From: the human T2T-CHM13v2.0 reference genome, Homo sapiens
Assembly (NCBI RefSeq): GCF_009914755.1
Contig: NC_060928.1
Strand: one strand, 5' to 3'
DNA length: 64,000 bases
Below are positions 14,786 to 30,132 of this stretch, one piece after another. The notes below the pieces were generated by a model, which had not been told where the DNA came from, searched no databases, and saw only the letters and a list, made by a program, of their open reading frames with translations. The position numbers and the translations under genes are program-made. Numbering within the stretch: the stretch's first letter is position 1; each line of letters opens with the position of its first letter.

Positions 14786-15528
14786 GGCTTAAACATACCA
14801 TTTTATTATTTTTTTCTGTTTCCTACTCTGTGTTTTTTTCCCTCTTATTTTATTTTCCATGCCTTCTGATGAGTCACTTGAACAGTTTTAAAGTTCATTT
14901 CAATTTATCTATAGTGTTTTTATATAGCTTTTTTAGTGATTGCTTTAGAAATTACATTATAAATACATAACTTATCACAGTCTCCTCATGTTAATATTTT
15001 ACTAATTTGAGTAAAGTCTAAAAACTTTATCATCCTTAACATTCCTTTACCCTCCACATTCAAAACAGAATTATTTTAAATATTTTTTCTATATATTTAG
15101 AAGAATATGAGAAGTGTTATAATTTTTGCCTTAACTGTTAAACGTAAGTCAGAATACTCAAGAGGAGAAAATAGTCTATTGTATTTATTAATAATTTAGC
15201 TTACAGAGTTCCTTTTTCCTTCCTAATATCCCAAAGTTCCTTGTTTTATTATTTTCTTTTTCCTTAGAGAACTTCATTTAGCCATTTTTTAAGGATAGGT
15301 CTGCTAGTAATAAGTCATCTTAGTTTTCTTTCTTCTGAAAATGTTTTAAAAGATTTCTCCTTCATAGATAAAGGATATTTTTGTGGTTATAAGATTCTGA
15401 GTTGACAGTTATTTTCTTTTGACACTTGAAAAATATTGTGCTACTTCCTTCTGGCCTCTCTGGTTTCTCATGTAAATCCGCCAACATTCAAATTGTTTTT
15501 ATCATATAATTAAATTGTCATTTCTTCT

Positions 15529-18222
<2,694 letters not shown>

Positions 18223-19925
18223 TTCCCTAAGGGCCTTTAAGAGTTTTTTTTTCCTTGTTTAGTTTTCAAAAGTTCCATTTTGATGTGTTTTGGGATTAAT
18301 TTCTTTGGGCTTATCTTGTATGAAGTTTTCAGATTCTTGAATCTGTAGTTTTATGGGGTTTTTGTGTCAAATTTGGAAAGTTTCCAGCCAGTTTTATTTT
18401 AGTATACTTATAGTCCTACCCGCTTTTCTCTCTCCTTCTCAGACCCTGGTGGTAACTGAGTCAGGTTTTTTGTTATATTCCCTAAAGTCCCTGAGGTTCT
18501 GTTCATTTCATGTTTCTAGTTTATTGTATCTCTATGTTTAGATTGTGTAATGTATTTTGTTTTATTTTTCAATTCACTTATATTTTTCCCCCTTTGCTTC
18601 CATTTTTCTGTTGATCTCATCTACTGAGCATTTTATTGAGGTGATATTTTTTAGTTCTGAAATTTCCATTTTTTAATATATTATGTTTTTTGCTGAGATT
18701 TGATTTTTTTTGCTGAAGTTTTCTTTTGCTTCATTTGTTTCAAGCTTTTTTTGGTAATTGTTGAAGCATTTTTATCATGGCAACTTTAAATCTTTGTCAG
18801 GTAATTCTAACAAATCTGTCAACTTGGTAATGACATTTTTGAATTCCTTTTTAAAATTCAGTTTGAGATCTTGGTTCGTGGTATGACAAGTATTTTTTAA
18901 CTGATATCTGGACAGTTTTGTATCATGAGACTCTGTGTGTTCTTTAAACCTGTTTTAGCTGGATTTATGTGACAACACCTCAGCAGGGAAACATCTCCCT
19001 TGTTACCGCTGGATAGAAGAAGTGGTACGGGGTCCTCACAACAGTGTGCTCTGTTGACATATGGTGCGGGAAAGCTCTTCATTACTGCTTGGTGGGATTG
19101 GGAGCTTAAGAGTTCCAGTTCCCCATGTGTCTCTACTGACACTGCAAGGTGTAGGCTTGTTATTGGATGGTAGAGATGAAAGACATGGTTTTCTACTTGG
19201 CCTCCTCTGAAATAATTCTGGTAGGTAGGAGCTTCAGGTTCTATATTAGAGGTGGTCAAGGTTTCTTACTGGGCCTTTGTTATCATCGTTGGGTGGAGCC
19301 AGTGTTGTGTTTTTTTTTTTTTCCCAGATTGAATATAGCAGAAGAGTTATTTTCCAAAAGTTTTCTGCCTTGCTAGTCTACTCCTTTCTTGTTCTATTGG
19401 CTACAGAGGCTTTTGTTAGGGTTTTATATGCGTCTGTTGACATTTCAATTTGCCAGCTTCTTCACCTTCAAACCTGGAATATATGAGGCAAAATGAACAA
19501 ACAAATAAATAAACAAATCCCAACAAATCAAATAATGCATCACTATGTCATTCCTTGGGCCCTGTGGTCCCTAGACAGTCTTCCTTCTTTTTTCTGCCTT
19601 CAGATTCTACTTACATTTGATATGTAATACCCAGAATTCTTAGTTGGACTTAGTGGGAGGAATAAGGAAAAGTATGTCTACTCCATGTTGCTGGAAGTGG
19701 ATGTCTCCTTTATTTTTTTATTTTTATCTTTTTTTAACTAATGCTTTGTCTTTACTAGTTTTTCACTTTCTAAATTGGCATAACAGTTTTACTGGTAGAC
19801 TCTTAAGCATAAAATATATTCCATTTGGACAGAATTATGTAAGAGAAATGAAATAGGGATATAAGTTCAAGAAGAAAAAAGATACCAAATTTCTGACTGT
19901 TGAAGAAGATTGCTTAGATACATTT

Positions 19926-22365
19926 ATTTTTAAAAGGTTTTATTTTTTAATTATAATGGATTCATAATAGTTGTGCATATTTATGGGGTACATGTGAAAT
20001 TTTGTTACAGGATTACAATGTGTAATAATCAAGTCAGGGTAACTGGGATATCCATTACTTCAAGCATTTCTTATTTCTTTGTGCTAAGAAAATTACAATT
20101 CCACTCTTCATTATTCTGAAACATACAATAATTGATAGCTACAGTTGCCCTATTGTGCTACTGAACACTATATCTTACTTCTGTCTAATTGTATTTTTGT
20201 ACCCATTAACCTTCTCTCTACTACATTTCCCAGCCTCTGGTAACCATCATTCTACTCTTTGTCACCATGAGTTCATTTTTTTTTTTTTTAAGCTCCCACA
20301 TATAAGTGCAAACATGCATTATTTGTCTTTCTGCACTTGGTTTATTTCACTTAACGTAATGACCTCTGGTTCCCTTTATGTTGGTGCAAATGACAGGATT
20401 TCATTCTTTTTATGGCTGAATAATATTTTGTTGTGTATATATAACATATTTTCTTTATCCATACATCCATTAATGGCCTCTTAGGTTGCTTCCATATCTT
20501 GGCTATTGTGAATAGTGCTTCAATAAACACGGGAATGCAGATATCTCTTCAATACACTACTTGTTTTCTTTTGGATATAGTCCTAGCAGTGGGATTGTTG
20601 GGTCATATGGTGATTCTATTTTTAGGTTTTTGAGAAACCTACATACTGTTTTCCATAGTTGTTGTACATTCCCACCAATAGTATACAACTGTTCTGCTTT
20701 CTTGGTATCCTTGCCAGCATCTGTTATTTTCTGTTTTTTTGATAATAGCCACTTTAATGTGGGTGAGATGATATTGATTTTTCAGCTCCAGAATTTTTGC
20801 TTGATGTTTTAAATTATTTCAGTCTCTTAAATTTTCTTCGCAGAATTCTGACTTCCTTCTCTGTGTTACCTTGAAGTTTGTTGAGCTTCCTCAAAACAGC
20901 TATTTTAAATTCCCTGTTTGAAAGGTTACATATTTCTGTCACCTCAAGATTGATCACTGATATCTTATTCAGTTTGTTTGTTGCAGTCATGTTTTCCTGA
21001 ATGTTTCTGATGTTTGTGGACATTCATGGATGTCTGGCATTGAAGATTTAGGTACTTATTTCAATCTTCTCTGTCTGGGCTTCTTTGTACTCATCCTTCT
21101 TGAGTGGGCTCTCCAAGAACTCAGAGGGGATTGAGTGCCCTTATCTAGGCCTGTGGTCACTGAAGCCATTTTAGCACTGGGAGGAGCCCGAAGCCCAGGA
21201 ACATTGTGACATTTGTAGACTCCTAGATACATAGCCTTGGTTAACTTGGGGAAGATAATGGGGAATTTGTTGGGATACTAGTTACCAGGCAAAATCTCCT
21301 ACTCTCTTTCCTTTCTTTTTAAATCAGAAGGCATCTCTGTACTGCGCTGCCTGGAATCAGGGAAGGGGTAATGTGGGTGCTTCTCTGGCCATCACAGCTG
21401 GTACCATACTGGGTCATACATGAAGCCCATGGGCTTCCAGACCAAGTCAGTACTGGGACTCACTAAGGCCCATAGTCACTACTGCCTGGTTGCCTTTAGT
21501 CAGAGGGTACTGAATATTGCCAGGACTGGGTCCATCCCACCAGGGCAGCAGATTCCCTTCTGACCCAGAGTGGGTCTAGAAATGTTCAGAAGCAAAGGCT
21601 TGGAACTGGGGACTTCGGGAATATGCCTGGTGCTTTATTTTACTGTGGTTGTGCTGGTACCCAAGTTTCAAGACAAAGTCTTCTGTATTCTTCCCTCTCC
21701 TCCTTCAAGTTGGAATAATTTTCTCCCTGTGCTGCACTGCCTAAAGGCGGGGCAGGGGAGGGGTAACAGAGGCACTCACACAGCCACTGCAGCTGATGTT
21801 ACAGAGGGTTGCATCCCTGGTCTACTGCCTCTGAGACCAGGCAGCACCAGGATTGCCCAAAGACTGTAGTCCTTGTTGCCTGATTGCCACTCAGATTTAT
21901 TCAAGGACCCAGGCCACTTTAGTGAGCCAGTGATAAAGTGGGCTGGGAGTCAGGCTCCACAGGCTGGGAAAAGATTCCCGTTGGGCCCAGAGCTGGCATA
22001 AATTCTCCCTCTGTGGGCACCAGCCGACTTCTGTCCTGTGTTGTGTTCCACTATGACAGCGTAGCATTGAGTTACAATGCAAAGTCCCACACTCACTTTT
22101 CTCTCCCTCCCCAAAAACATAGATTCTCTCTCTACACTGAGCCACCTGGGGTTGGGGGAAGGGTGGTGTAGGCAATGCAAAGCTGTCCTTCCTACCGTCT
22201 TCAATGCCTCTTTCCTTATTATGATGTGAAAACCAGATACTGTGATTGCTCACCTGATTTTTTGGTTCTTATAAAGGTACTTTGTTGCATGGCTAGTTGT
22301 TCAATTTGGTTTTCCTGTGGGGGTTTGATCATTGGAGAATTCTATTTGACCATATTCTCTGCTCT
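19926..22365 (-). mobile_element. L1MA-like element with both ends retained and a large internal deletion
   Basis: 3'UTR/ORF2 end at 19926-~20775 joined directly to ORF1 N-terminus and 5'UTR at ~20776-22365. Candidate TSD ttagatacattt/ttagacacattt. Confidence 0.85.
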
Positions 22366-22614
22366 TTAGACACATTTCAAAAGAGAGATTTAACAGTTTT
22401 ATTTTAAAATGTTATATTTACATTAAACTGGGAATTACATCCTTTGGAAACTGATTAACAATGGCAATCCATTTAAAAATGGGCAACATGTTATAAAGTT
22501 TCAAAAAAGTATTTAGGAAATATGTCAGGAAAAACGTTTGAATCCATGGCTCTGGGGTATGTGCTTGAGTTTGAGATTGCTTGACTCTGTATATGAATAG
22601 CTTGAGAGAATGTG

Positions 22615-23430
22615 AAATCATTTTCCAAAGTGTTTTTGTCTGTTTACACTCCCATCAGCCATGCATGACAGTTCCCAGGGTTCCATGTCCCTGCCAGCAC
22701 TGATATTATCAGATTTAAAAGTTTTGCTACTGTGGTCAGAGTAAAATGTTGACTAATTATCATTTAAATTAGCATTTTCCTAATTGTTGATGCAGTTAAA
22801 CACCTTTCAATGGTCTATTTTCACATTTATTTTCCCTTCATTTAAGTAGCTGGCATTGCCAATACTTATATTTGCCCCCAAATTTTCAACTGGATTAATT
22901 ATAATTTTCATATTGACCTGGAGGCATTCTTTATATCTTTACTAATGTTTTGTCAGTTACTGTGTTGATACAACTTTTCATAGCTTGGGTTATATATTCA
23001 CTCTCATTATGGTGTTTTTGATGAATGTAATAATTGGAATTTTAATGAAGCGCTGTGTATCAATCTTTTTTTTTAAGTTTGCTTTTTGTGTCTTACTTGA
23101 AAAATTTCTTACTTACCCTCCAGTCATAGAAATAGTTGATTTTTTTTCTGAAAGTTTTTGTAACCATGCTTACATGTAAATCTCTAATTCACCTGATATT
23201 AATTTTAGTGTAACAGATGACATAGGATTTTATTTACATTTTTTCCTATTGTTTGTATACAACTTATTGAGCATTTTTCTCTTTGTCTCAGATATTGACA
23301 ATGCCATTTCTGTCACAAGTTGTTTTCAAATGTTCATGGAACTGAACTTAGATTCAGTCTGTTTCTCTCTCTTCCTCTTTGAGTGACTATCATACAGTTT
23401 TAATTACTTTAGCTTTAAAAGAAATATTGA
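22615..23430 (-). mobile_element. Very old L1ME-like ORF2 3' fragment
   Basis: ttttccaaagtg...tttacactcccatcagccatgcatgacagttccc...ttccatgtccctgccagcact. Confidence 0.7.
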
Positions 23431-23680
23431 TTTAATAAATAAATTTTGCAGTTTCTTTGATCTTATTCCTGTCAAAAATTCTTAAATGATTATTCTTGAA
23501 GTCATTTTATTTATCTCTATTGCTGGCTATTATTCTTATTTAATTGTTACTAATTTTTTAATGACTGAAGTTGTTTCAGGGCCAGATATTGCAAAATAAA
23601 TAGTATGGAGAAGGGGCCAACAGGTGGTCTGGGCTAGCAGGAAATCTTCCTGGCTCTCAGTAGAGTTTTATAGGATAAAA

Positions 23681-23718
23681 TGTGTGTGTGTGTGGGTGGG
23701 TGGGTGTGGGTGTGTGTG
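23681..23718 (+). repeat. Compound (TG)n/(GGGT)n microsatellite
   Basis: tgtgtgtgtgtgtgggtgggtgggtgtgggtgtgtgtg. Confidence 0.9.
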
Positions 23719-24132
23719 CATTTATAGTTTAGCCTTGTCTCATTTTTAGTTGATAAAGATGGGGGCAGTCCTTGTACTTTTCTATTCATGATTTCTTCTC
23801 TACATTGCTATGGTAATTACAAAGAATGCCTGTATATTTCTTCAGTTATCTTTGTCTCCTCTGCAACTTTGTATATTCAAACAAGGTAGTAGAAAGTTCT
23901 TGTACCTGGCCCCATACACTCTGTTATAAATGTTCCAAACAGGTGGTTGTTGGTTTTGATCTTCCTGTCTCTACCTGAGATCTCTACTGGCAAGCGGCTT
24001 CACTTTTTTCCTCTTTACCTTGATCCTATTTGTACTTCATTTAGTAATCCTTTCTTATTTATTTTGAAGTTGGTATCAAGGGTATTTATTAGTATTAATG
24101 AGGACAGAATTTCCATTTTATTTTCTTGGTCT

Positions 24133-24842
24133 TGTAGGAAAGTTTAAACTTTCCCTCTGAAGGTTCAATAATTGAGTCTACTGAAATAAGCTGACAAAAG
24201 ATAGATGAAGAGGAGAAAAGGCATATAAATTTATACCGTGCAAATACACAGAAGTGGCACAACGTATGAAACTCAAGGAAGGGCCAGATGATTGAAGCTT
24301 AAATACCCTCTTCATAGGTGAACGGAGAGTGGGAGATTTAGGCAATTTTGGAGGAAAAGTCAATAATTTATAGGGGAAAAGAATGGGCCTAAAGAACAGA
24401 TAATAATCTAGACAAAGTTCTCCTGAGCTCTGGGGAGGGTGGCAACAAGTTAAGGGAACATTGACGGGCAGAACTACATTAGGAAAAAAAGTTGTCTTAT
24501 AAAGTCCCTTAGGTAACAGACCTTGGAAGAATAGATGAAATGTCTCTCTGGGCAAGTGTGGTGACAACTTTTAGTTTCTTCTTTGGTTGTCAGTCTTCCC
24601 TGGTTGATGAGATTTCAGATAGGAGATTGGAGAAAATTGTATTTTTTTTTTAATAAGAACTACCCTTGGTCACATAATGGTACCTTAGAGATAGCCCCTC
24701 CCTTCATCTTGAAGGAGAAACTAGGTAAAGTCAAAGAAATCTTTATTTGGAGGAAGCTTCTAAGGCCTTCCAATTTTCTTTAATTCAAAGTGCGCAGCAT
24801 GCCAAAGCACCATACTTTGGGGTATTGTTTTCTGAGCCTACT
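24133..24842 (-). mobile_element. ERV1 solo LTR (MER34-family-like)
   Basis: Reverse complement starts ggctcagaaaacaataccccaaagtatggtgctttggcatgctg, which I recall as the MER34-type LTR 5' end. Confidence 0.7.
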
Positions 24843-25708
24843 GCTTTCAACACTCTCCTTGCTTTCAGTTGATTTTAGAAAAAAAAGTCATGAAAAGGTT
24901 TTAACATATTCAACCTAAAAATCTTAGCTTGATGTTTGAAGTCATTAAAATAATTTCTATAGTTTTTTATAGAAATTATAAAATTTTATGTAAAATTTCT
25001 ATAGTTTTATGTTTGGTATGAAATTCTGGAGATTGTGTACTTCCATTGGAAAAAAAATTTTAGTAAGTATCACATAGACCATGGAAAAGTTATAATAGAT
25101 TACATAATGCAATCAAGAGTACAAGGTGAAGAAGTATGTTTGCAGATTTCAGTTGTACTATACAAGGTGTTTTTGGCAAAGAGATAGTAGAATATTATAT
25201 TTTTGAAATTCATGAATATGTCCCATGATAAATTTGTATTTGCTTTTTGTCTTTGGTTTCTGGCATACAACTCTTAAAACTCTTTGAATGTCCAGAGTGG
25301 TAAGAGTCTCTTTTATATGCTAATTAGATGACTGCTGGATGGGGGCCACTAGATTGCCTTAGGATGGGTGCTGGCTGCCAGAAAGAGTAACTCATGTTTA
25401 GAGAGTTAGAAGTTGCAACCCCATCCTCTGATCTCCAGGGGAGGGAGGCTGGAGAGTGAGTCTGATTATCAGTGGTCAATGATTTAATCAATCATGCCTA
25501 TGTAATGGAGCCACCATAAAAACGCCTAAATAATGTGGTTTGGAGAGCTTTTGGGTTGGACACAGGAAGGTGATGGGAAGGTGGTATGCCTGAGAAAACT
25601 TGGAAGCTTCTTGTACCCTGCCACCTCCCCATACCTTGCCCTATGCATTTCTTCCATTTGGTTATTCCTGAGTTGTATTCTTCATAGTAAACTGGTAGTA
25701 TTAAGTGG

Positions 25709-26584
25709 GTAACAACCTGGTGGAAGAGGAGACACTTTCATGTGGGCATAATAGAGGACTTACGTGGAACTAGAACTAAGCCTCTCAATTATACCAAGCT
25801 ATCCATGATAGACCAGGGATTTGATGAGAATCCCACTGCCTTCCTGGAAAGGCTAAGAGAGGCCTTGGTGAAAGACACCTTTCTATCTCCTGATTCAGTC
25901 AAAGGACAACCAATTCTAAAGGATAAATTTATTACTCAGGCAGCCCCTGGGATCAGGAGGAAGCTGCAGAAACAGGCCCTGGGAACAGATAGTACTTTAG
26001 AGAATCTCCTGAAAGTGGCCACCTTAGTCTTTCACAATAACTCACTGGAAAGCTGATGGAATTACCTCCATAAACCCAGGAAAGCACCCAAAGTACCAAT
26101 GTGAAGAGATTGGAGACCTCAAGCTAAAAATCACAAAAGATAAGTGTTAATAATTAACCTTCCATGGATGTCCTCCTTGTAGTCTTGCCTATGCTTGCTG
26201 TTCTTACCTTCATTCTGTTCTATACCATTGGGTAGAATGTTGTTTTCACAATGATTAATGTATTTCACTTCTTATTTCTGTAATCTTCAGCACTAGATTC
26301 TCTGCTTTTAAACTCCTCTTTGTATGATACACATATTTGATCCATGCACACTTAGCTTTGTAAAACTTGTTTTTTCTCGCCTAGAGGCCATCAAACTCCA
26401 AACAGCCAGGGAACCGGACTCTCAGATGATGGCTTCCTTTTGCAGGGTAACCTTAGGTAGACCTCTGGGAGGAATCTGACTGCCATTCTCCCCAAAACAA
26501 CTCCCCCTGTTAGCAGGAGGTGGTTAAAACCAGTCATTGTCTGTATTCTAATGGCAGTTAGATGTGCCTTTACAGAGGGGGGAA
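25709..26584 (+). mobile_element. Class I (gamma-like) ERV internal remnant: gag capsid fragment, env-tail-like sequence and PPT; no pol or 5' LTR seen
   Basis: Capsid ORF at 25742-26056, ctagaggccatcaaactcca env-tail-like motif near 26381, and polypurine tract agaggggggaa immediately before the LTR. Confidence 0.85.
25742..26056 (+). pseudogene. gag: Endogenous retroviral gag p30 capsid C-terminal fragment (major homology region)
   Basis: KPLNYTKLSMIDQGFDENPTAFLERLREAL...KFITQAAPGIRRKLQK resembles HERV-W/HERV9-type capsid. Truncated, and the ORF start is GTG, not ATG. Confidence 0.85.
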
Positions 26585-27417
26585 TGTTAGGGACAGGAAG
26601 CAGAGAAATTCTGGGCAGAAGAGGGTGGGGTCTCTGATGAGGGTCCCACCCTCAAGCCAAAAAGCCTAATACTGCAGCCCAAAGTGAGAACTTTACATCT
26701 CCATTTTCCTGCTGGAATGTTGCCTTTTCCAAAACCACCCATGGCCTGCTCCACCCCCATCCTATGCCCATAAACCCCCAGGACCTGCCAGCAGGGAGAG
26801 GAGAAGCGGCTGGATGTCAGAGACTATGGTTGGATGTCGGAGAGAAGCAGGACAACTTGACAGCATAGCTTCGAAAAGGAGTCCAGCCATTCATGGAAGA
26901 TTACCTTCCTGCACTGTCCCCTTTTCAGCTCTCATTCCCACTGACAGGCACTTTCATCAGCAATACAATCCCCCACATTTATCACCTCAATTCATTCATG
27001 CAACCTCATTCCTCCTGGATGCTGAACAAGAACTAAGGTGTGGGTGCAAAAGGCTGTCCCTGACCCTCCACTGACCTTCCACTGAGCTGTTAACATTTAA
27101 GCCTTCTGCAATGGCATGGTGGCAAAGTTAAAAGAGCACTGACTGTAACACTCCTACTGGGGCTTCAGGGTCACAGGTACTCCCCGCTAGACGTTGCCAC
27201 AGGGCCGGCATGGAGTTTTGCCTTTGTTGGCAGCCAAAACCGCTTGCTCCGGCTTCTGCACCTGCTCACCTGCATGCTCCCCTCCTGCAAGGGGTGAAGT
27301 GCAGAAGGTCTGAGGGAGTGGAATTCGCCCCTGCCAGTGCTGATGTGGCTGGCTAGTTCCGGTGCTCCTGCACCTCAGTTCCCACCCATGAAAGGGTCAG
27401 GGAAATATCCTGCTTCA
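26585..27417 (+). mobile_element. ERV1 3' LTR (LTR1/LTR27/LTR28-like, HUERS-P group)
   Basis: tgttagggacaggaagcagagaaattctgggcagaagagggtgg...cccaccctcaagcc...cagggaaatatcctgcttca. TG...CA ends, follows the PPT. Confidence 0.8.
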
Positions 27418-29250
27418 CTAGGACTTATAACAGCCAGCCGAAGTGAAGGCAGTATGTGGGACTGAGCCCTTAACTTGTGGAGTGTTATGCTAACTCCAGG
27501 TAGATAGTGTCAGAACTGAATTGAATTGTGGGACATTCAGCTGTTGGAGAGTTGGAGATGTGGTGTTGAAAGAGACACCACACATTCAGTGTCAGAGGTG
27601 TTGTGAGTAAAAGTAGATTCCTAATTTATTAAAATATGCATCTGAAGAAAATCTAATGTAATTGGCTATATCTTTTTTTATTTTTGATAACATGAGATAA
27701 ACAGAAAGTATTCATTAAGCTTATACAATATATCTAGTACTGAACATATAACTTGATAGATATGAGAACTGACTTTCTAGTACTAAGAAGGAGAATTATT
27801 AACTGTGGCTAGCACATAATCCAAAAAGAACTATAGAGATTACTTTTTATTTTGAAATATCTAACTTGATAGTAATCGTGTAGATGAAACAGTAGATATA
27901 GGATAATTCATGAATTTGCTATCTCATTGCCGATTTATTATTTAAAATGCTCTTCATTTTAAGGTGATGTAATTCTAGGTAAAAGAAGGTGTTTGGGGGT
28001 AAGTTCTGTCCTCACTAGAGTTGTCTACTCTTACTGGGTCCTAGATTAAAAACTAGTCCTCAGTATCTTTGTCAACTCTTCAGTATTGACAAATACTCCT
28101 AGAACAAAATTCTTCATGAATATGGGGTTCATATCTCTGGATTTCTGTATTCTCATTTATCTTGGTTCAGTTATTCCTCATTCTATTTTTAGTTCTTTAA
28201 TGCTTTTTTTTTTTTTCAAATTTTCTCTGGATATTTAACTTGTCATTTATGGAGACTAGGAGGTTAATCTGAATTATCTTGCTTTCCGATACTGGATACG
28301 ATAGTCCTGATATATTTTGTAAGCTTCAGAATTTAAATGGTTTTCCTAATGACACTAATGTCCTAATGGCTGTCCTAATGACACAAAGGAGATTGAGATT
28401 CCAATTATGTGTTATAAAACATTGCATGACATCCTTATTCTTTGCTAAAGTTGCAATGGCCAAAAAAAAAAAAGCGTTCAGAAGCATTTTTAAAGGTATA
28501 TTACATATTAGTATTAAACTCTGATATTTGTGAATAAAGTTACATTTGTTTTATGAATATTTCATTATTGGGTCATGAAATTTAGCTACAATTAATTCAA
28601 GATTCTTTTTTATTTTTTAAATAAGCCTTTCATTATTAAATGAGTGGTGTTCATTCTTATTGCTGGTGCCTTAGAATAGCAAAGATACTGTATGGTATAT
28701 ATCTGGCTGTAGCATTTGTCCTTTCTGTACTGCATTCAATATTTACTGTGGCATCTAGATAAGTTATTGATTATTGGTATCAGAGATCTATTGTTTTTCA
28801 TGCTATTTGTGTAATGGGTCCTTGCAATTAAATTATTCCTAGTGATGAAGTCTCCTGAAAATACTTGAACTAATCTTTTTAGTCAGTAGTAATTTCTTCC
28901 AAAATAATGTAGCTTACAACATTATAAAGTCATATCTCTAAAAGTTATAATTTTTTCATAAGGACAATATCTAATTTTGATATAACAAATATCAAGTAAC
29001 TATTATTAGAGTGTTTGATAATGGGATTTAATGGTAAATAATACAAATCTTGCCTCAGCTTTCATAAGGTTTAGAGTCTATTATAATTTCAAAGTCCCTA
29101 ATGAACTTTTATTAACTTTTAACAAGCCCAGTTAATTAACAAAATTCTGGATTTCTTATACAGCTATATTTTTTAGACTTAAAGTATCTGAGAGCCTAAT
29201 CTGTTTATGAGAAGTTGTTGGCTTTATCACTGAAGAATTGTACAACATAA

Positions 29251-29676
<426 letters not shown>

Positions 29677-29741
29677 GGAAACACGATCTTAATAGTTCTC
29701 GTCTTAGGGAGCTGGGAAGGATACAGGGTGAAGGGTAAAAT

Positions 29742-29885
29742 ATGCTGGAGTCAGACAAGGATTGGAATCCTTGCCCTGCTACTTAGTGTATGACCTTGAA
29801 CAACTTATTTAATCTCTCTGAGCCTCAGTTTATTTTTCTATAAGCTAAGTATTATAATAGCTACTTTGGTGGGTTTCGAGAGCAC
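29742..29885 (+). mobile_element. MIR SINE fragment
   Basis: ctggagtcagac...aatccttgccctgctacttagtgtatgaccttgaacaacttatttaatctctctgagcctcagttt. Confidence 0.85.
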
Positions 29886-29894
29886 TCACCAGGG

Positions 29895-30132
29895 AGATGC
29901 TTCTCGACTTACAATGGGGTTACATCCTGACAAATCCATCAAAAGTTAAAAATATCATTAAGACAAAAATGCATTTAGTATCCCAATAAACCCATCATAA
30001 AAGTTGAAAAATTGTAAATCATACTGTCATAAGTCCACATGCTCCTTGAGTTACGATGTGGTTATGTCCCAGTAAGCCCATAGAAAAGTCTACGAATTAT
30101 AAGTCGAACCATTGTAAGTCAGAGACCGTCTG
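29895..30132. mobile_element. Tigger4/Zombi-like TcMar DNA transposon relic
   Basis: agatgcttctcgacttacaatggggttacatcc...aagtcgaaccattgtaagtcagagaccgtctg with imperfect terminal inverted repeats. Confidence 0.75.

Larger units (their letters stand above)
25215..27612. mobile_element. MER21B/C-like LTR in two pieces (~25215-25708 and ~27418-27612) interrupted by an ERV
   Basis: ttttatatgctaattagatgactg, caatgatttaatcaatcatgcctatgtaatgga, then gggactgagcccttaacttgtgg...tgtcagaactgaattgaattgt. Confidence 0.8.

Noticed and set aside
28345-28384. Four clustered ctaatg motifs
   Set aside because: Explained by short slippage duplications, with no independent evidence of function.
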